From Balanoglossus misakiensis (Eukaryota; Animalia; Hemichordata), in contig CM082594.2 in assembly GCA_040954595.2 (NCBI GenBank), positions 9,862,296 to 9,926,295 on the forward strand: a stretch of 64,000 bases of DNA, in the 5' to 3' direction. This document shows, piece by piece, positions 45,101 to 58,900 of this stretch. The number at the start of each line of letters is the position of its first letter. Position 1 is the first letter of the stretch. The notes below the pieces were generated by a model. That model was not told the origin of the DNA, did no database searches, and worked only from the letters and a program-made list of their open reading frames with translations. The position numbers and the translations under genes are program-made.

Positions 45101-45874
45101 CACTCTTCTTTTTGTTTTATGCTTCATTTGATCAGATTTATTATTTATTTCCGCTGTAGTCATTGGAAATTCACATAGCCAAGACACTATCAGATTGGAT
45201 GGTAACAATACACACACCTGCACCATAATTAATTAGCAAATGTTAGGTTTCTTCCAAACTAAGAACTACCTATTGTTTCATCGCCATTAGTAAAATGGCC
45301 CTGTGTTTTGTTTGCCGTAAATTGCACGCCCATTTTGGCATCATCACTGTTGTCACGGCAATGCTTACAGACAAAAGGACGTGCAGACACACCCCGTACG
45401 GCCGACTGGGTGACCACCCAGACGTCAATACAAATGGACCAACAGAAGATAATGCACGCTCAGATATCTGGCACCCATTTGTGGAAAACAACACTTGCTG
45501 AACCCAACAACAAAAATGTTCCGCTCTGAATAATCAGCAAATAAACACTTGGAGTGGCCTATCATCGCACTTTTTATATGTTTTTATCTACAAGTTCATT
45601 AAAGTAAAGGCTAAGTCCTTCACGACTTCCTTTAATTTTACGTTTGTATTCAGGGACAGGCTACACACTTTTACAGTGCAAAACAAGGCAAGAATATCTG
45701 TAAATTTTGCCTTTAATTCACCTGCTGGACATCAATTGTGATACATTAACTGAGGTTTACAGATCTGAAAACATAGCAGTGGGTGTTGACTGAATCTGTT
45801 CCATCAAAATTCTTCAAACCAAAGTCAAGGAGTCAAGTGACTTTGACTTGTTCTGTATAGGTAACCATGGAAAC
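42180..45874. promoter_or_regulatory. Cluster of six RFX X-box-like palindromes
   Basis: ATCGCTATAGTAAC 42180, ATCACTATGGAAAC 42254, GTTTCTATGGCAAT 42823, GTTGCCATAGAAAT 43489, GTTACCATGGAAAC 43758, GTAACCATGGAAAC 45861. All match the 14-bp RFX consensus. Function is inferred. Confidence 0.5.
44336..44443 (+). other. Candidate internal non-coding exon, 108 nt
   Basis: Acceptor ttttcaatttttatctttcag|G and donor CTG|gtaggt. Splice signals only; no recognisable protein. Confidence 0.3.
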
Positions 45875-46919
45875 TATTCAAGTTCATTTCCACAATGCTT
45901 GAGGGCAGATCTGTTCAACATGCTGCAAGTCATGTGTTGTGGGAATGAGTTTGATAATGACGTGCTGCTAGGCAGTGTGTACAAATAGAAAGGTTGTGAA
46001 TATTTCATGGAGGAAAGAATCTTGTTACTGCAGTCAAATTAGCGGAATTCAAGATACGTGTCGTTTAAACCGTATTTCCTTTGTTGTGACTCGGCTGTTT
46101 AATTGTAGGAAGCGCATGCAGGCAAGACTTAATAGCTATATCCAATCATGGCTGCAGTCATTAATGTAGGGTTGGGCTCCGCCAGCATAATGGAAGCTAT
46201 ACAAGAGACCAGTAAACAAAAAATCTGGCTTCCTTGCAACGCAGAGAAGAATTCTTCAACTAATTGCCAGGATATGATACCACACATCTGAGAAGCCATT
46301 ATGGCGCACTTTAAGTCATGTGTTCTACATGCCTGCGTTTGTCACTTATCACAGATACTACTGCTGTCTAAACATCTTCATTTTATGGAGTATAAATTAT
46401 TGCTCTAACTCAAGGACCATGAATGAGTGGTTGGCTAAAAAGTTTTTCCCCGTTAATGGTCAATGACCAGAGTCATTTGTACCTTAATGGCCACGGCTGG
46501 CCAATTTGAAGTGGTCAGTTTGACCCACTTTCTTTTTAAACGAAAACAGCAAATTAAATTCCAGGATGGGTAGTTGTAGATTTTCAAAACTCCTTGTAAT
46601 CGTAATTGTAGCTTAGTTAGTTTGAATCTGTTGTCTAAGACCTGTAGAATAATTGGAAGCCTCTTGTAAAGGGAATTATGGGTACTCTGTTTATGTGACC
46701 AAACAACATGCTTCTCTGGAAGGTTTGAATGTAAAATACACATTGTATCGGGTGGTTTGATTCATTTATTGATTAGGAGCTTTGTAAAGTGATAACCTTT
46801 GTATATTTGTTACATTGCCTCAATTTCTACCATGTATCGATTCGAGCGACATGCACAGTCGTTCTCTCCCCGTATTGCTATCGAACATTGAAATCTGGCA
46901 GACCTGTTTAAGAGCTACA

Positions 46920-47130
46920 TCATAGAGTCACTTCTTTGGGCTGTCTCACTGTGCAGACTGTAGCTTTTATTGATGGATGCACTATCGATTTTAAGAATGT
47001 GTATACCACAGCTGTAGCTTTCAAGTTTTCGAGTTTTGCATCATCCGGTGAAAAAGGAATAGATGCCACTTCAGGGAAGGACTCTTCGAAGTTGAAGAGT
47101 CTGATGTATTCTGAAGTACTGTATTTATTT
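46920..47130 (-). CDS. Weak candidate terminal coding exon, unknown product
   Basis: Minus-strand acceptor atgtttttcag| at 47132-47131. Open frame NKYSTSEYIRLFNFEESFPEVASIPF...RQPKEVTL* with protein-like composition. AATAAA on the minus strand at 46770-46765. No family recognised. Confidence 0.22.
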
Positions 47131-49922
47131 CTGAAAAACATTCTATGTTTCACCCTTCACCTTTCATGGAGAAAGTTTCAGTAGTGCAATTGGCAAAATT
47201 TCATTGGTTGGTCGGCAAAGTATATTGTAATCAATGCAAATTTATGTACATAAATTATTAACTCGCCCCATCTTGCGGTTGCTATTTGGAGAGTACCTTG
47301 ATTAGCCGACATGATCAGAAAACCACTATCCTTTCACAGGAACTTCATTGTGATTTCATTAGGCAAAAGCATCATCTGAAAACCATGGATGCTAAACAGG
47401 AACTTGCCACTTCAACACTCAAATGCCGTGGTTTAATCTAACATGGGGGTAAACTTTGAAACGTGTATGTCAAATTTAAACCAACTCTGACGTTGTTCCC
47501 AGTGAGTGATTCTAGTTAATTTTCACATACTGCTTCTGTTGTTACCATTAACCTTTCATTACCTGAGTATGTGTGAAGAATGAAATATTTAAATTTTGAT
47601 TCAATTAGATTTTGCTGCAACATTTTTGAGTTCGAAGCCAGAATATACATAGCAGAGATACAGTACATGGGATTAAGATAAAAAGTTTCCAGTCAAATCT
47701 CTTCCCCAGTTCGCAAAGCAAAAGAATAAAAAGACCGAACAAGCAACAGCTAGCATCCCTGTGAAGTATAAGACGCCAAAAGACAGATGTTTGGTAATTG
47801 TCATTGCTATTTTATCTAAACTGGATTTGACAAAAACTGTACTGAATTATTCATCCTACACATGTTGCTTAATGAAGTGTGCTCTGAATATTCATGGACA
47901 CAGGATTAAGAGCTTCTGATGCTCTCTGCTTTCACTCACTAAGCCAGGAAATTCTTATAAGATGAAATTAAGAGTCAGAGTTCAGAGATTAATTAAACCG
48001 GTGAAATGCAGTCATTGTTCTAAAGTACAACTGATGAAAAACAGTCGCTGATTTGAAGTGCCCAAATAGATACATTGTCAAGAGCCCCTCTAGAGAAAAT
48101 AGAAATCCTAGTTTGCCTAATTTGAATTCTGACAAAATTTACATTATAAAATTTGTTTTATCAAATGACATCATCAACATTACTAATGCTATAAAAATCT
48201 CTCTTCTTCAGATTTCTCATTTCCTTTCTCCCCTAAACCTTATTTTTCCCTCCAAGCAATGAAGTATAAATTCATTTTATATAAACGGACTGTCAAAAAA
48301 ATCTCCAAACATATCAGTCCCTTGTGACACAACTCAATTTCCTTGCATGTAATATAGTTACTCCTTCAACAGATTATCGCTAAAGCCAGCATTTCAATGA
48401 AGCGTGCACGCATGCTGAGTTGAAATATTACTTTATTGATGTTTATTTACTTGACTTTTACAACTACCTTGTATCACCTCATTTTTTTTATTCTGTTAAC
48501 TTTATTTTCTGTCGTTTCCAGCTATATTCCCATTTTGCTATATTTTCCTTCAACTACAGTTTTAGACCCTAAATCAAAGAGAGATTTTTTTTCAGTTTTG
48601 AAATAAACAATCACATTTCATGATTAATTAACCAACAACACCTGTAAATCATTGATGAATGTCAAAACCAAATTCAAGTCTGAACATCCTGGTTGCTAGG
48701 CTCGGTTTATCATTGCCCTGAGGGGTCTCATCTCGATGTTCGCTGGCAGCTTTTAGGCAATCACTCAAAGTTACATTTTCATCTTCTGTACATGTTCACC
48801 GTGTTTTCTACGGGATTATTACAGCTGTCGGTTCGTATGCGATAAAAACTGAATTATTGCCGCCTGCACTCACGGGGACTGATACACGGGACCAAAGCTT
48901 ATACACCACACTCCACTAATCCTTTCAATCTGTGAAAAGTCAGGTCTCAACAAACAAATGAGACGTCAAAATATTTGCAAAGTGGCCCAGCTTTCCTTTC
49001 TCTTCTCTTTACTATACTTTTTTTGCATATTTCCAGTCAATAAAGCTAGTCTTTTCCCCTAAAAATATTGTAAAAATTCACAAAGATCACTATCAAACAC
49101 CAAACACAAGTGACATATTCAAATGCGGAAATTATTCATGCAACTAGGTGACAACATTGTATTTTCCAAATGTTACTAGGAAACTAATTGTGATGACAAT
49201 TCATCAAAATTTCTCAAAATTAAGAATTTTGATTTCCTTGGTTCTGCAGTTATTATCCATTAAAAATAGGCAAATGGAACTGTTACTATGGTAACATTTG
49301 CATGATTACAAGCAGCAGTTAAAAGCACCCACTGATGTCTGTTCACTGAATATTGCCATTTCTTATTCTAAAATTATGAAAAAAAAATGTTGGTAATTTA
49401 ATGTAAATCAAATATATATTTAGAACAACACAGACAGTGGCAGTGAAATTCATGTAAGAATGGTGAGTGATTCAGACTATGCTAGAACTCAGGTCATTAA
49501 CTGTATCAATCAAAGGTGTAAGCTGGCACCAACAGACCAGCCATGGCATGAGGAATGGCAGAATGACAAAGGAGAAAAAGTTAATATCTGCCGGCTGAAG
49601 TGCTTTGTTTTAGTAATGACCCTACTTTCACCCTAGCCCTGCAGTTATACAACATGAGAACACCCAGTCATTTGTCTAAGCGGACTAACCCGTACCACAT
49701 TCTCAGCAAAAACAAATATTTGCTTTTACTTTGACTGGGAATACTCCTCCACAAAGGGATCACCTCAAAAGTTCACAATTATAGGTCTTTCAGATACCGA
49801 CAAAAGTTGGGGTGAAAATGTCACTTTCCACAGAATCACTGAATGGAAAAAAAAGTGTAATTCTGGAGAACAGTTCTTTGATATGATATGGCGTTTTTTA
49901 TTTAGAAATTCAGTCTTAAAAG

Positions 49923-49958
49923 ATTTAATTTAATTTTAATTAATTTAATTTAATTTAA
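49923..49958. repeat. (ATTTA)n pentanucleotide repeat
   Basis: atttaatttaattttaattaatttaatttaatttaa. Confidence 0.85.
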
Positions 49959-52900
49959 GCTGTTCAGTCTGCCATGTTTAGCAGCAGAATTGTGAAGACA
50001 CTAACTTGACAAAAAACAACTCATGGGAACGTCTGAAGAAACATAAAGTACAGGGAGGGAGTAGGTCATGAAGGGTTAAGCCAAGTAGTGTACTGTGGAA
50101 CTTGAAGTGTCCTACTCTTGCATTGTGAAGAAACCTGCAGCTGTTGAAGAGAAGAAGCAAAACAGAGCTATTGATTAAACCAATACCGATTATCCATTTT
50201 ATTGTGAAAGTCAACAAAGTTGTAAGTAGAGAAAACAGAATAACAGTTGAAAACAGATGCAAATCAAAAGCAAGTCTGCGTGCGAAAAAAGGAACTGTCT
50301 GAAAGTGCTGTACTGGGACTCGGCAATCAGTACGAACTAACCCATTTAATGACAGTTAAATTATAACCGAATATACCGAATCCAACGAAAGGAAGACTTT
50401 TTTTTTCACTTTACCAAATTGAATGTAACTGTTCAGAGTAGTGATCTATCCGTACAAAGATCAGTTACTTCCAGACGCTAATTGTGTTGGATATCTGGAA
50501 TTTTGTTTACAGCAAACAAACCAACTTAAAAGACATTTTATAAAGTAATCACAGTATAATCTCTTAATGGAAAGTTCTATTCTGATACCAAACGCTGTGA
50601 GAGAAAAAAGGGGGGGAAAGGGACAGGAGGTTGTTGTACACACAACCCAAGCTTTGGTATGACGGAACAAACATAAAGGGAAAACTAGGACAATAGAAAC
50701 ACTTCGAAGAATGAAAAGATTATGGCAAATCCCTTGCAGCTAAGTTTGTTTCCATTGGCTCTTGACATCTGCATCTGCTAAAGCTCTGTACATGTCCCCC
50801 TGAGAACTCCAGAGTTGGCTTGTACATGGCCGGCAGCATTAGGGGAGAACCATTTGATTTCTGCATGGGGGTAAAAGTGACTGAAATTTTTTTCTCTGAC
50901 ATGGCCAATTTCTCTTCCACCTCTCCCCTAGAAATTATATGGTTCTTCCCTTATAGCTGTGGTTAGGCAGCTACCAGTGCTAAACACTTCTTATCTATGT
51001 ATGCTCTTGGATATATCTCAATTTTGAAGCAATTTTTTACCTTCTTCTGTATTCTCAACGATTATTTGCCATGGAGGTGTTTCCATTGCTGTAAAAAGTA
51101 AAAGTAGATTATCTGAAACGCGAGTGTACAAGAGTACCATGGTTACAGCCATAAAGTCAATACACATTTGATCTGGGGGCATTGTACTGCAAAGCACCCT
51201 GAGTGCAATGTTTTTCAGAACTCTAACTCATGTTGTTTTGTACAGGGGGAAAAACAAGAATTATGTAGTGATCTAAAAATGCAGTTGTCTCAACTCTTCT
51301 GTCAGACTATATGATCATTGCCAGTCACAATATTTGCAATGCTAATTTGCTTTATTAAAAGTTTATAAAATTGCAAACATTCCTTTCAGAAATATTTTAG
51401 GGATAAATTTGGTTGATATGAAAAATTAAGACATCTAAATAGATGTTCTTCCATTGAAATAAGCTTCAGTTTGGTATTATCCTTGCAAACAATCCCTTCC
51501 TTAGAAATATTTTTCCGAGGGAAATGGGTTCTGTTTCGAACTTGAAAATAGCAGATGCTCCAATGTTACTGAAGACAATGGAAGGGCATTGAACTAATCA
51601 GACAGAACTAAATGGTCAAGGTTATTGCCCTGGAGTCACTGTAAGATTTCAAATTGGCAATGATATCAGCTGGGATGATAGGATTGGAAATTTATACTGA
51701 TCCATGTTAGGGATCACGGTGTCATTTGCAGGCTTCAATCTCCATAGACCTGAGCTCCATGGATGAATTTTAGGCTTGTCAGAAATTTCTTTTTAGAAGT
51801 TTTAATTATTGTATCATTTGACAACTATTATTTCTTTTTATTCAATGAATAAAGAGGGGCTTTGACTTTGTGTTGAATGAAACAAAATGAATAATTACAA
51901 TAAAATTATTAACTTCTGAAATGTATATGGTATCCTAAATAACAATAGAAATATATAATGGGTAATTATACTTACAAGCTTGGACTGGTATACATTTGTC
52001 CCAGGTCACCTGTTTCTCCATTCAAGGTTAAAATCTAAAAGTAATTACGGGTTTGAGATGAAAGATGAGTTTGAGAGATTGTTGGTCGTCATGGAGAAGT
52101 GATGGTTGTCAAGGAGGGGAATGAAATCCGTGTTTTGTGTTGTAGCCAGTATAGCTTGCGAGCACTTAGCATCAATTCTCTGTTTAATGTACATGCCCAT
52201 GGCGACTTTTACCATTAGAATGCCAAATCTCTTGTCATATATCTATACTGTCTTGATATTAAAAGGAAACTGTGTTTGCTTTCATACTAGAATGCATCAT
52301 CCTTCTTGTCGCGAAATACAGGTGTTTTTACATCGACCCTTCAATATTCCTTTTCAGAGCTCACTGTATATTACAAGTCCTAATTTCCTAATTCCAAAAA
52401 GTGTTGTAGACATATTTTATCAAGTACCGGTATATACACTCAAATTCTGAACATGATGATGATTTCAGACATGCAATTTTGGACGCTGGAAAAAAAATTC
52501 AATTTTCCACGATTCGTTCAATATTGACCGACTGTCTGCCCTACTCTGTCATCGGAACTATTACAAGGCATTAAAATTCAGTCAGTGTTGAATGACGTCA
52601 CCCTCGAGTTCTTCGTACTTTGAAATATTTGGATCGTCAGAGTTGGAGACACATGCTAGCCAGAGATTGGGGGATCAGACATCATTCATCATATTAATGC
52701 TTTATTTCCATTCTTATCTCATTGAGTCACTTGTTCCTCCAACACCACATTGTCAACTTTGGCGACTTTTATCATTCCCGTTTCATCCTTAAATACACAG
52801 TCAGTTTTGCCGAGTGATTATTAATATCCACCTCAAGAGTTTCTGAGCAAACTTCGATCTCCGTGAGGACATTTTTATCCATCTACAGGGAATACAGAAA

Positions 52901-55900
52901 CACAGTCAAGACAATGACTCAAGGTGTAATGTCTTTTTGGGTACCGTATCTTGTGACACCTTAACACAACTGATGACAACAGATTGTAATTTTTGAATAA
53001 CAAACGCGGTGATCTGTCACTGTTTTTGTCAAAACTTTAACTCATTTCTTGAAGCTCTTCACATGACGTTATCTGCTGGAATAATTAACTTGAAGTCTGT
53101 GATTTTGGGAGAGGAGTCCAGGTCAGCATGCATAGAAAAATGGAACCCACATCACAAATGCATGGCCTTAAAAATTTAATGTTGTAATTTAGATACAGAT
53201 ACTAGTGGAGCTGTCTGTCCTGGGGCCGTCACTTGTCTCTGACAGTATCCAGTTTCTACATTGCCCAAGAGATTCATTATTTCTTCCAACAACCTCAAAA
53301 TGAAATTTTGAAAACATTTTCTGGGGTCTCGACCATAGAAACAATTTGTCTGTTACACGTATAATTAGTTTGTTTTTGTTTTTGGTCTTTTGGGGCTCAG
53401 CACTTCATAAGAATATTGTTACATCTGTTCAAGCAGTGATTTCTCGGTAAGAATTCTGGGTAATTTGAGCTGTGGCTTATGATAATCTTTTATAAAGATT
53501 TTATCAACCAAAATATGAACCTAAATCTGGCTTATAACAGATACACCGGTAAATATGCCACACAAAAGTGTTGCCAGGGTAACATATACCAGAATAGGTA
53601 AATCAGAGACAAACACTGATTTCTGAAGTTGTCATTTCTGGGAATGTAAACCTTGATGAGAATAGCCACGGAAATGACAATGCAGAAAACAATAGGACAG
53701 AAGCTGGTACACTACCCAGTAGTCACATGAGAGATTATCCTAGGTTCTCGATTTATTGTAATATATAACTGCAGGTGCCTTCGGGGGAGCCAACATCCAA
53801 AGTTTGCTGTTGGCTGTGAGTGAAATCCCAACGGAAAGTGTGGGTAATGGTATATTAGTCTGAATAGTTTGAATGAAATAATTGAAGGGGATACAATATT
53901 CCAACACCGGCTCTTCAATTCAGCAGTGTTCCACCCTCATCAGTATAAGGGGGAGACCTCTATTTATTCGGGGTTAGGCTTTGGCGTAATTGAGTTGTCT
54001 ATAAGCATCATAAGATGGCAGGCTGCCATGATGTAATCAGGCAGATTGATGTAGGTAGGAACCAGGGCTGTAACTTTTGATTTTTCTACTCCTTGAACCA
54101 TGTGTCACTACTTTTTTTACATTCAAAGTTACTTTGATATACACCATAACATGTATTGTCAGCAGATCGCCCTGAAACAATTCCTGAAACAATGGCGTGA
54201 TTATAAACAGAAAAGTTGCACATATGCAGTGTGCATTGTACTGTGGCCCAGTGATAATCGTTCAGCTATAAAAACGTCTCTACAATATGTGCATATGATT
54301 ATGAATTCATTTGTTCTCTCAATGAATCACCAAAATATCTCTCCCAGTTGTCGGAGAATTGATCTCTACTGGTTTGAAAAATGAGAACCTTTTGTCATTG
54401 ACGACTAGTAAGACAAACACTACTTAAATCTGATTGGTTGACCTGATTTGCATGCAAAGAGAGTACTCCATTGATCTTCACTGCTATTGGTTTTCGTTCT
54501 CCCGTTCAAATGACAGAAAGAAAATTATAGTTCCTTATTAATTTTTGTGTCATTTAATAAAATACTTGGTGACAATTCACAAAGAGTTGTAAAAAAAGTT
54601 GTTTTGGTCCAAAATGGGAATAGGTTCTGAAACAGTTTAAAGAACCTTGTGGGAGAATAAAACGGTGTGTCTGGCGGATGGTACGTGAACAGAATAAATA
54701 ATAAATCTTGCATTTTGATTAGTTTTGACTGGTGCACTATTTCTGAATTCTATCATAGTGTGTGCGTCGGGTCTAGATCTTTAACTCTGGTCATAAATTA
54801 AGATGCAGACATTGTTCAAGACAGGATTCATTACATTTATCGTTAAAAGAACAATGAGAATGTGAAAACGGTGCAATCAAGACTGCATGCACTCAGACAA
54901 AGGCAATTATGGTTTATATAGAGAGAGCCTGCACCCTATAAAGATCGCCTGAAACTGTTTTCAAAATTCCACATATATGTTTGTAACAATCAGAAAGATA
55001 TAATTTATTTTTTAGAAAAATTGACATCCATGTTTCCTCAACTTTGGAATCAAACAGACAATGTTAGTCAAGACCAGTTTATTTTTCATTTTTAAACGAC
55101 ATTTGTTCAAAACTGTTTGGCAGGCACAAAATGGCTGAGAAACTCGGGTTTTTGAAGAGTATTTGTGAACAAGACCAGGTTGCTGTAAATTGACAGAATT
55201 AGATTTGTTCAGATTTGGAATTTGATCATGTTCAGTCATTTTAGTGGTCAGTAAATGGATAATTACAAAATACTCACTCTGGAAAATTGGGTCCTGATAG
55301 AAATTTGAGCTGGCATTATTAATTTTGCCCCATCAGCATAATTGCAAGAATGCTGTATTTTTCTAATTTTAGTATTATTTTGATAATGAGATCACTAAAT
55401 GAAATCTGAAACCTCTGGGGTCGTGCCTGCAGCCAAAAGAACAATTTTTAGATTAAAACAGGAACAGAATATAAGTTGCTCGTTGGAAAAAGTCGTGGAA
55501 AAACAATGAAGGATGATGAAAATCAATAAAAGCAAACATTTTGACCAAAGCATTACATTTTTCAACAAAAAAAGATCAATTTTTGCGGTGAATTGTATTG
55601 TGAAGTGTTGGCAGATGGTTGCATTGATCTCATCAGATAACTGCATACCATTGTCAATTACTGCATTGTGATGACTGGCCTAAGGGGTCTGACCAACTGG
55701 TGTAGAAAGCGTGACTAATACAGTCAACCCACAGGATGACTGACCCTGACTTTGACCGAAACAAAAACAGAACAATGTCTCTTTTGTCGACAAATTATAC
55801 ACAGTCTTACCACGCACATTGCTCCAATTTTGTAATGAAATTTCAAATATTTCAAGACCACTGGATCTCTTCATTCCATCAAATTTTCTCACTATTTGGA

Positions 55901-57228
55901 CAAAAATTCTAATTGAACCAAGAAACCTGGAGGCGAATTGATTTTCAACACTGTAGTTAGATAATTGATGACCGTATTGGAGAATGCATGTTGAAGACAA
56001 AGATATGTATTTTCTTTCCAGAAACTTGTGACTTTTTACACCTTGGAAATTTGCAATCGAAAAAGTGAAAGTCTGCGATTTTACCTTCGGATTAAATTTC
56101 TTCGATAAATGGCGCATTTGTGCAGAGATTCGGTCATTTGACTTGCAAATGACAATCAAATATTTGCTCTGTAGTTTGCATCTGTTTAAACATTTTGTTT
56201 CATTTACTTTAAACTTTACTCCATAATTCATAGTGGCAGACAGTCAGTCGCACAAAGCCATATAAATTTCCATAAAAGTTCGTATTTTAAAAAAATGATA
56301 TTTGTTTTTCATCCAAGTGAGGAGATTGAACAGATTCTGGCATGATTAACCAGTAATAAAAATTAATTTACGACTTAATCATAGTCGTGGATTCATCAAC
56401 CTTGTTCATACCGCTCATGAGAGTCACTCACTTCAAATTTCCTTTGTCATAAAATCATATGGTCTATCTTTTGTGCAAGCGTGCCTGACCGCCCCCACCC
56501 CTACCCCCAAAAATGGTTGATTCCAGTTACTCTCCACACATGATTACATTTTCTTTTGGAATCAAGCTCAGATTTCTTCAAGGAGACTTTAATCAGGCCA
56601 ATTTTGCAATTTGAGAGTTTGAGTTCGTTTCAACAAACCAACAATTACATTATACTGAGAAGTTTTTTGTCTGAAACGTCAACTTTTGAACTGGATATCT
56701 CCCACAGTGGAGCAAATATCAGACGCTGCAATCATTCATTCAAAGCCCCCATATCTGATTCCTTGGCAAAAAAAACATGGTTCTGGCATTTAATGGCACA
56801 TTTAAGAGTCACCACTATGTCTAATACAGACAGAATCCGTGCTGTGAAAAATGTTCTAACATTCATTTTGAGGGGTGGGAGTATGGGGGTCGATCTGGCT
56901 AATGGCCCAAGATTGGAAGCAGATTGATGTACAATGCAAAGATGGAAATGTGCTGTATGTACCTAAACAAGTAGAAATGATGCACTGCAGCAGAGTATGG
57001 AATGGTGGTTTTCAGTGTACTGTACTCAGAATCTTCTGAGTGCGTGCGTGGATGTTGTTGCTAACACAAATCTACTTACACATGGAAGTAATGGCTACTT
57101 TATAAAAGGAAAAAATCTCTCTCATTTTTGGCTGCTTTAGATTATTTATTGCCGAAAAAAATTCTTCATTTACTCATTAAATTCGGGGGGAGGGGGGGTC
57201 TTTTCAAAATTGCCTTAAAATTAAGACT

Positions 57229-57307
57229 TTCAAAATGGCCGCCAAATTTGAGGTTCAAAATGGCCGCCTATATCTGTGCTTAGTCTATGGCATTCAAAAT
57301 GGCCGCC
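57229..57307 (+). repeat. Three copies of TTCAAAATGGCCGCC (YY1-like motif; likely DNA-transposon remnant)
   Basis: Exact 15-mers at 57229, 57254 and 57293; copies 1 and 3 share 21 nt; degenerate copy at about 57203. Confidence 0.65.
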
Positions 57308-57405
57308 AAATTTAGTGACTTTGACAATCTCTATGGTAAACATTATGGAGAAATTTTACTCATAGTTCAACCACACACACCTTCCATCCCACAAGATGTA
57401 GACAC

Positions 57406-57475
57406 AGAGTGAAAAACTCGCCAAAATGAATATTTGGTGTTTACCATTTATTCATTTTGGCGAGATTTTTACTCT
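57406..57475. repeat. 70-nt near-perfect hairpin (probable core of a palindromic MITE)
   Basis: agagtgaaaaactcgccaaaatgaata (57406-57432) pairs with tattcattttggcgagatttttactct (57449-57475): 25/27 Watson-Crick plus one G-U. Inner tggt/acca stem and a gttt loop. Confidence 0.7.
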
Positions 57476-58847
57476 CATATCCTACAAACATGATGGTTGA
57501 ATGTTGATTCACTATATATCCACATGTGCATTAGCATAAACAGTGTAGTGAATCAAACATAATAAATGGGAAAAGAAGCGTGAGAGAGAGACTTTGTCCC
57601 TTTAAGTGATAGCCAAGTATGTTGCTATAGAGATGACTTTATTAAAACAAAGAACAAAGTAGTTCTCAATGCAATATTCATACTTGATTAAAGTGTAAAA
57701 ATACTAGAAGTAATACAAACTTTTCTCAAAATTGGTTTGCATCTCAGGTAGACTTCTTTGCACCATAATGCTAATCAAACAGGAGCACAGTGTCCTTGAC
57801 GCTATTTTAAGAAGAAGGAAAAACCAAATCCTCAACATCAGTACAACAAAGGAAAATGATTGCGTTTGCGGGGGGAAAATATTGCATCTGTCTAGATTTG
57901 GTCTTTACATAGATGGGTAAGATCCTTTTAATGAGACATTATCACACCCGCTCCTGACTCAAGCCAGGAGTGGGCCGAACAATGGTTACCATGACAACAG
58001 ATGGTGGAGTAATAGTCGCATAAAACACAGTTTCTTTATGAGCCGGCAGTAAAAGCTAGATAAATCATTTCTCCTTCTACCAGATCTGACAAATTTCATA
58101 TTAAACTGACGGAACACTGCGTGTGTAGTATTACTCAGACTGTGAAATATACCGAACCTCTGTAACATTAATTTCCTCGGCGATGAGTGATGGCAGAAAT
58201 AAAAACCTGAAAATATCCAGATTTGCTCTTATGGGCAAATTAGTTGCAATAGTTTACATAACATATAAGTCAGCACTGGGGTGGGCTTTAACTGTGGATA
58301 TTGTAACAGAAATCTATTACATTTGGAGTATATCCATTTCACTGAAAAAATATTTTTCTTGCACAACAGTTTGTATTACAGAAAAACTTTGAGGCTAAGA
58401 CATTTAAGATATTGAAAACTGGCAAAAATAATTAACTTATTTTAATCCCACTGAGAAGTTCATCCCATAGTTGTTTGTTAAGAGAAAGATTTGTTTGAAA
58501 AAATATCATCTTTGCGTCGATAAGTTAATGCCAGGCCATCATGCTCTCAGAAGTCAAAAATATTATGACTAGTGGTGCTTCAATATCTCTAAAGTTGCAT
58601 TTTTATCGTACAATAGATATTTCAGGTGATCAATTATTGCAGATACAATTACTTCACTAGAAACATGTTTGTTACTAAGGATACCAGACAGATGCCGCCA
58701 TTCGGTTTAATTTTTTATGCGATTGATAACACTTTTACATCCCAGAGCTAAATATTGTCAATTTGAAACTAAATATTACATCAAAAGTCGACTGTTCATG
58801 TTGGTATTTCTTTTGTGTTTTCAGCAGGTGTCTTATTGGGCTTCATC

Positions 58848-58900
58848 ATGGATGGATGGATGGATGAATGAATGAATGAATGAATGAATAAATGAATGAA
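58848..58900. repeat. (ATGG)4(ATGA)n microsatellite
   Basis: Directly visible. Confidence 0.9.

Noticed and set aside
55680-56231. Longest ORF in the track (183 aa, minus strand)
   Set aside because: No recognisable domain, composition typical of AT-rich non-coding or repeat DNA, and no convincing flanking splice or Kozak signals.
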